Part shown: positions 59,340 to 64,000 of the stretch, in pieces
How the letters are laid out: every line of letters starts with the position of its first letter
Position numbering within the stretch: position 1 is the stretch's first letter
Notes under the pieces: generated by a model
What the model saw: only the letters and a program-made list of their open reading frames with translations
What the model was told of the DNA's origin: nothing
Databases searched by the model: none
Source: an uncultured Dictyoglomota bacterium
GTDB lineage: Bacteria > Dictyoglomota > Dictyoglomia > Dictyoglomales > Dictyoglomaceae
Direction: 5' to 3'
DNA length: 64,000 nt
NCBI GenBank assembly: GCA_964654465.1
Contig: CAZZIO010000040.1
Span: 190,037 to 254,036 of the forward strand
Program-made: the position numbers and the translations under genes

Positions 59340-60199
59340 CTTAATATATTCATAACTTCTATAATATCTGATGGCTTAGATGCAAGAAAATGAACACCAT
59401 TAACCAACTTACTTTCTTTAATTTTACTACATAAATCTACACAAAGTTCAATACCAATATTTTTTATGTTATCTTTTCTCTCAAATTTTTCTAAAATATA
59501 CCTTGGTATTTTTATGCCTGGCACATTATTTATCATATAGTCAATCATCTCCAAGGATTTAAAAATAGTAACTCCAACGATTATCTTTACCCCACTACCT
59601 ACCTTTTCTCTTACCCTTTCCATTATTGATAGATCAAATACCAATTGGGTTTGAAAAAACTCAGCTCCTGCTAAAATTTTCTTTTTCATCTTTAAAATCT
59701 CAATATCTAAAGGAGTAAGATTAGGATTAAAGACTGCTCCCAAGAAAAAATTAGGACTTTTATTTAATTTTTTTCCTGCAAAATCTTCCCCTGATTCTAA
59801 CATCTTTGCTATCTTTAATATATTTACTGCGTCTAAATCAAACACAGGTTTAGCACTTTTAGATATACCAGTGGTTGTATAATCCCCCGTTAAAACTAAA
59901 ACATTTTTTATACCAAGGGTATACGCACTTAATAGCTCACCCGAAATGGCAACCCTATTCCTATCCCTGGCTGTAATTTGAAAGATAGGCTCTATTCCCT
60001 CTTTTAACAACAAATAGCTTCCTACTAAAGAGGTGATTCTAACACCTACATTTTGGAAATCAGTAACATTTACTGCATCTACTCTATCTTTTAACATTAA
60101 AGTCTTGCTAACAAAAGAAGAAACATCCACTCCTCTCGGAGGACTGACTTCTGCTGTAATTATGAATTTTCCCGATTTTAATTTTTCCTCAAAATTCAT
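59333..60199 (-). CDS. metF: Methylenetetrahydrofolate reductase
   Basis: TAEVSPP, NVTD, RDRNR, LTGD and GAEFFQTQ. Confidence 0.9.
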   Translation of the reverse strand: MNFEEKLKSGKFIITAEVSPPRGVDVSSFVSKTLMLKDRVDAVNVTDFQNVGVRITSLVGSYLLLKEGIEPIFQITARDRNRVAISGELLSAYTLGIKNVLVLTGDYTTTGISKSAKPVFDLDAVNILKIAKMLESGEDFAGKKLNKSPNFFLGAVFNPNLTPLDIEILKMKKKILAGAEFFQTQLVFDLSIMERVREKVGSGVKIIVGVTIFKSLEMIDYMINNVPGIKIPRYILEKFERKDNIKNIGIELCVDLCSKIKESKLVNGVHFLASKPSDIIEVMNILRW

Positions 60200-60804
60200 T
60201 CTTGTAAAAGTATTTTACTAAAATCTTTTGGTGGAACAATCTTGAGGAAATCTTCTTCAGATATTCTATTTGTTCTAAACAAAATTACCCAAGGACATAA
60301 TCTCTCGTAAACCTCACATATCCCATCTTCTGCTCCACCACAAGGTCCATTTCTCATCTTTTTAGGACATAACTTTTCCATACAAAGATTCCCTGTATAA
60401 TAAATCCAACATTCTCCACAAGCAGAACATAATCTTGCAAAACTACCCAATGATCTACCAGGTTCGATCTTCAGGGTATTAGTAGCTGGGATAACAGGTT
60501 TCTTAATATAATTTGGTAATATTTGAGGTAATCCCCCACAAGTAAATGTCAAAATATTATCAGCTCTACTTATATCAATCCCAATCTCATCTATTATCCT
60601 CTTTAAACTACCCACATTACACTTATCCTTAGTAAGATCATAAACTCTCACTATATCTATTTCTAACTCAGACAAATAAGAAAATATCTCTTTATTCTTT
60701 TTCTCAATACTTTCAAAACCACAATTATCACAAGAGAAAATAAATATTTTTTCTCCTGATATTAAATTTTTTATTTCTTCTATCTTTTTAATTTCGATCT
60801 TCAT
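60196..60804 (-). CDS. metV: MetV-like Cys-rich partner of MTHFR
   Basis: CDNC...C...CG; CSACGEC...C..CPKKMRNGPCGG..GICEV...CPW; ATGA overlap with metF. Confidence 0.8.
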   Translation of the reverse strand: MKIEIKKIEEIKNLISGEKIFIFSCDNCGFESIEKKNKEIFSYLSELEIDIVRVYDLTKDKCNVGSLKRIIDEIGIDISRADNILTFTCGGLPQILPNYIKKPVIPATNTLKIEPGRSLGSFARLCSACGECWIYYTGNLCMEKLCPKKMRNGPCGGAEDGICEVYERLCPWVILFRTNRISEEDFLKIVPPKDFSKILLQE

Positions 60805-61639
60805 TCTTTTCTATAGCCTTTAATAAATTTAACGCCAATATTCTCGTGGTTATTACCCCTACTCCACCTGGAACAGGAGTTATAGCTTCAACCTTATTCT
60901 TTACGCTCTCAAAATCAACATCACCTACTAATTTTCCATCTAACACATTAGTTCCTATATCAATTACAATCCCATTCTCTTTTACCATATCATCTGTAAT
61001 TATACCAGGTTTACCTACAGCTACCATCAAGATATCTGCCATCTTAGTATAAAACTTTAGATCTATTGTTTTTGAGTGACATATTGTTACAGTTGCATTT
61101 CTTTGCAAAAGAAGAAGGGATAAAGGTCTTCCCACAGAAATACTTCTACCTACAACTACTACATTTTTACCCTCTATAGGAATATTATAAAAGTCAAGAA
61201 GTTCGATAACCGCCTGTGGTGTACAAGGAAAAAATGTATCTTCACCAGCCATCAATTTACCTAAGTTCTCATAAGTTATTCCTTCCACATCTTTTGAAGG
61301 CGGAATATACTGGAAAGCCTTCAATTTTTCTAAATTTTGAGAAAGAGGTCTGAGAAGCAAAATCCCATGAATATCTTTATTTATACCAAGCAAATTTATT
61401 TCGTTAATAAAATTATCTATAGAGATATTTTCATCAAGATTTATATTATTTATTTTTATTCCAAATTTTTTAAAGATCTTTTCTATACTATTTGCATAAG
61501 CCTCTGCTTCAGGATTATTACCCACTCTAACTACACAAAGAGTTGGAGTAATTCCCTTTTCTATATATTTTCTTACCTTTTCTATAATTTTTCCTTCCAA
61601 ATTTTCTGCCACACTCTTTCCATATAAAATCTTCGCCAT
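60788..61639 (-). CDS. folD: Methylene-THF dehydrogenase/cyclohydrolase
   Basis: KDVEG, PCTP, VGRSISVGRP and TPVPGGVG. Confidence 0.95.
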   Translation of the reverse strand: MAKILYGKSVAENLEGKIIEKVRKYIEKGITPTLCVVRVGNNPEAEAYANSIEKIFKKFGIKINNINLDENISIDNFINEINLLGINKDIHGILLLRPLSQNLEKLKAFQYIPPSKDVEGITYENLGKLMAGEDTFFPCTPQAVIELLDFYNIPIEGKNVVVVGRSISVGRPLSLLLLQRNATVTICHSKTIDLKFYTKMADILMVAVGKPGIITDDMVKENGIVIDIGTNVLDGKLVGDVDFESVKNKVEAITPVPGGVGVITTRILALNLLKAIEKNEDRN

Positions 61640-61648
61640 TTTACCCTC

Positions 61649-63283
61649 CTAAATCACTCCCTTAATATCCCCATTATCATCAATATCCATTTTACAAGCT
61701 GATGGTATCTTAGGTAATCCTGGCATTGTCATTATATTTCCAGTATATACAACTATAAATCCTGCCCCTCCAGAAATCTTTATTCTTTGCACATTTATTA
61801 CAAAATTCTCTGGCTTTCCAATAAGCTTAGGATTATCTGAGAGAGAAAATTGGGTTTTTGCCATACAAACAGGTAATCTTTTAAATCCCCATTTTTCTAT
61901 TTTTTTAAGATCTTCTTTTGCCTCGTCTAAAAACACAACATCTTTTGCTCCATAGACATTTACTGCAATCTTACGGATTTTATCCTCATAAGGTTCATCA
62001 AGATCATAAAGAAAAGCAAAGTTATTTGGATCATTTTCAATAGCAAAAAGAACTTCTTTTGCTAATTCTAATCCACCTTTTCCACCCTTTTCATATACTT
62101 CAGAAACAGCAACCCTTATACCTTTTTCCTTTAACATCTTCATTACAAAATTTATCTCTTTTTCTGTATCTGTAGGAAACCTGTTTATCGCTACAACAAC
62201 TGGCAAACCAAATACTTCCTTGACAATATAAACATGGTGGAGAAGATTAGGAAGTCCTTTTTCTAAAGCATCTATATTTTCCTTATCCCAATCTTTTTTT
62301 AATCCACCATGATACTTCAAAGCTCTTATTGTTGCAACTAAAACTACCACATTGGGTTTTATATCACCTATTCTACATTTTATATTAAAAAACTTTTCAG
62401 CTCCCAGATCCGCCCCAAAACCAGCCTCAGTAACCACAAAATCAGCAAGCCTCAAGGCCATCTCCGTAGATATAAGAGAATTACAACCATGAGCAATATT
62501 AGCAAAAGGACCCCCATGTACAAAGGCAGGAGATCCTTCTAAGGTTTGTACCAAATTGGGAGATAAGGCATCTTTTAAAAGTACTGCCATAGATTTATGA
62601 GCTTCTAAATCCCTACTAAAAACAGGATCTCCTTTTTTGTTTATACCAACAACAATATTGCTAAGTCTCTCCTTTAGTTCCTGAATATCTCTTGAAAGAG
62701 AAAGAATAGCCATAACCTCAGAAGCAGCAGTTATATCAAATCCATCTTCCCTTGGTATGCCATTGCCTTTTCCTCCAAGTCCACTTACTATAAATCTTAG
62801 TTGGCGATCATTCATATCTAAACATCTTTTCCAGAAAATTTGATTAATGTCTATTCCAAGTCCATTTCCTTGATATATGTGATTATCTAACATAGCAGAC
62901 AACAAATTATTAGCAGAAGTTACTGCATGAATATCACCTGTGAAATGTAAATTTATATTTTCCTCTGGAATAACCTTGGCCTTACCACCCCCAACAGCTC
63001 CCCCCTTAACTCCAAAAATAGGACCCATAGAAGGCTCTCTTATACATATAATGGTTTTATAAGATAAAAAATTTAAAGCATCACCAAGTCCTATAGTTGT
63101 TGTGGTTTTTCCCTCACCTAAAGGGGTAGGATTCATAGCACTTACAAGAATCAATTTCCCCTTTTCTTTATCTTTAAGTCTACTTAAAACCCTCCAATTA
63201 ACTTTTCCTATATACCATCCATAAGGCAAGATATCTTTTTCGGAAAGTCCCAATTCTGATACAAGATCAAAAATCTTCTTCAC
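61649..63283 (-). CDS. fhs: Formate--tetrahydrofolate ligase
   Basis: PTPLGEGKTT, NLHFTGD, HGGPFANIAHGCNS, TEAGFGADLGAEKF and MTMPGLP. Confidence 0.97.
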   Translation of the reverse strand: MKKIFDLVSELGLSEKDILPYGWYIGKVNWRVLSRLKDKEKGKLILVSAMNPTPLGEGKTTTTIGLGDALNFLSYKTIICIREPSMGPIFGVKGGAVGGGKAKVIPEENINLHFTGDIHAVTSANNLLSAMLDNHIYQGNGLGIDINQIFWKRCLDMNDRQLRFIVSGLGGKGNGIPREDGFDITAASEVMAILSLSRDIQELKERLSNIVVGINKKGDPVFSRDLEAHKSMAVLLKDALSPNLVQTLEGSPAFVHGGPFANIAHGCNSLISTEMALRLADFVVTEAGFGADLGAEKFFNIKCRIGDIKPNVVVLVATIRALKYHGGLKKDWDKENIDALEKGLPNLLHHVYIVKEVFGLPVVVAINRFPTDTEKEINFVMKMLKEKGIRVAVSEVYEKGGKGGLELAKEVLFAIENDPNNFAFLYDLDEPYEDKIRKIAVNVYGAKDVVFLDEAKEDLKKIEKWGFKRLPVCMAKTQFSLSDNPKLIGKPENFVINVQRIKISGGAGFIVVYTGNIMTMPGLPKIPSACKMDIDDNGDIKGVI

Positions 63284-63801
63284 TCTATACCTCCAAGATT
63301 CAGGTCTATAGTAATTATTTCTCCCCAGACCTTATCTCCATCTATATAAAGATAACCTATAGTATTTTTATCAGTAAAAAATCTATCTGTTGGAGATCCT
63401 GGATTGAAAAAGAAAATTTTATCATCCCATTCCATAAGAGCATGATGAGTATGCCCAAAGACAATAACATTAATATTCTCTAAATCTTCTTCAAAAACCT
63501 TCTTGACCCTGTCTTTAATTCCCCATGGAGCACCGCTACCATGAGTGATTCCAACCTTTACTCTTTCAAGAGTAATAATCCTTTTAGAAGGTAAAACTTT
63601 TTTCACTTCCCATGAATCCATATTTCCATGTACACCAATAACATCAGCTATTTTTTTAAGTTCAGGAAGAAAGAAAAGCTCTTCCCAATCACCAGCATGC
63701 AATATAAGATCAACTCCTACTAATTTTTCTAAAATAATTTTAGGAAGATACGGAAAACGAGAAGGAAGATGTGTATCAGAAATTACTCCAATTTTTAACA
63801 T
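63280..63801 (-). CDS. YfcE-family metallophosphoesterase
   Basis: ISDTH, HAGD, GNMD, THG, FGHTH and NPGS; the ATG at 63801 follows GGAGG. Confidence 0.9.
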   Translation of the reverse strand: MLKIGVISDTHLPSRFPYLPKIILEKLVGVDLILHAGDWEELFFLPELKKIADVIGVHGNMDSWEVKKVLPSKRIITLERVKVGITHGSGAPWGIKDRVKKVFEEDLENINVIVFGHTHHALMEWDDKIFFFNPGSPTDRFFTDKNTIGYLYIDGDKVWGEIITIDLNLGGIE

Positions 63802-63850
63802 TCGTTCCTCCAACGTTAGAGAAACATTTTTAAAATATATAATAAAAAAT

Positions 63851-63940
63851 TGGCGGGGAGGGTGGGACTCGAACCCACATGGCCGCGAAGGCCTTACCGG
63901 TTTTCAAGACCGGCCCCTTAGCCAATTCGGACACCTCCCC
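63851..63940 (-). tRNA. tRNA-Ser(TGA)
   Basis: Reverse complement GGGGAGG...CCGGT-CTTGAAA-ACCGG, long variable arm, GTGGG-TTCGAGT-CCCAC-CCTCCCC-GCCA. Confidence 0.97.
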
Positions 63941-64000
63941 GATGTCCAAGAAAATTATACCATAAAAATTTTTAATTTTGTTTAAAATCTTGTGATATAA

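Noticed and set aside
63851-63940. tRNA with a long variable arm as tRNA-Sec
   Set aside because: The anticodon reads TGA (Ser), not TCA, and the acceptor stem is the standard 7 bp.

Overview
AT-rich bacterial chromosomal segment with no mobile elements, CRISPR array or rRNA. The gene content suggests a thermophilic, anaerobic, polysaccharide-degrading bacterium; it looks Dictyoglomus-like, but that is an inference. From left to right it contains: (1) the pyrR-pyrB-pyrC operon with a PyrR attenuator and a consensus promoter; (2) trmB, an alpha/beta hydrolase, an NTPase and an FGGY kinase; (3) a ~17 kb glycan-uptake locus (6.4-23.6 kb) with an AraC regulator, two near-identical paralogous solute-binding proteins (SBPs) at its ends, a ~950 aa CBM-fused SBP, four ABC permeases, an NHL-TPR-Yip1 membrane protein, a DUF5696-like secreted protein, a CBM-like protein and a GH5-Ig-CBM46-type endoglucanase; (4) tRNA-Ser(GCT), a stand-alone Clp-N protein and polX-trmI; (5) the yebC-ruvCAB-queH-...-queA-tgt-yajC-secDF-recJ string; (6) nnr; (7) a long operon ending in an archaeal-style nurA-herA-mre11/sbcD-rad50/sbcC module, whose Rad50-like protein lacks a zinc hook and has a hydrophobic hairpin near the coiled-coil apex; (8) galU; (9) a NifV-like synthase, LeuC/LeuD-like dehydratase and Fe-ADH operon behind an attenuator-like leader; (10) fhs-folD-metV-metF; (11) tRNA-Ser(TGA). 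The best candidates for an undescribed system are the four-permease/DUF5696/NHL-Yip1 glycan-import machine and the possibly membrane-tethered Rad50-Mre11-HerA-NurA module. All family calls come from reading motifs by eye; no searches were run.
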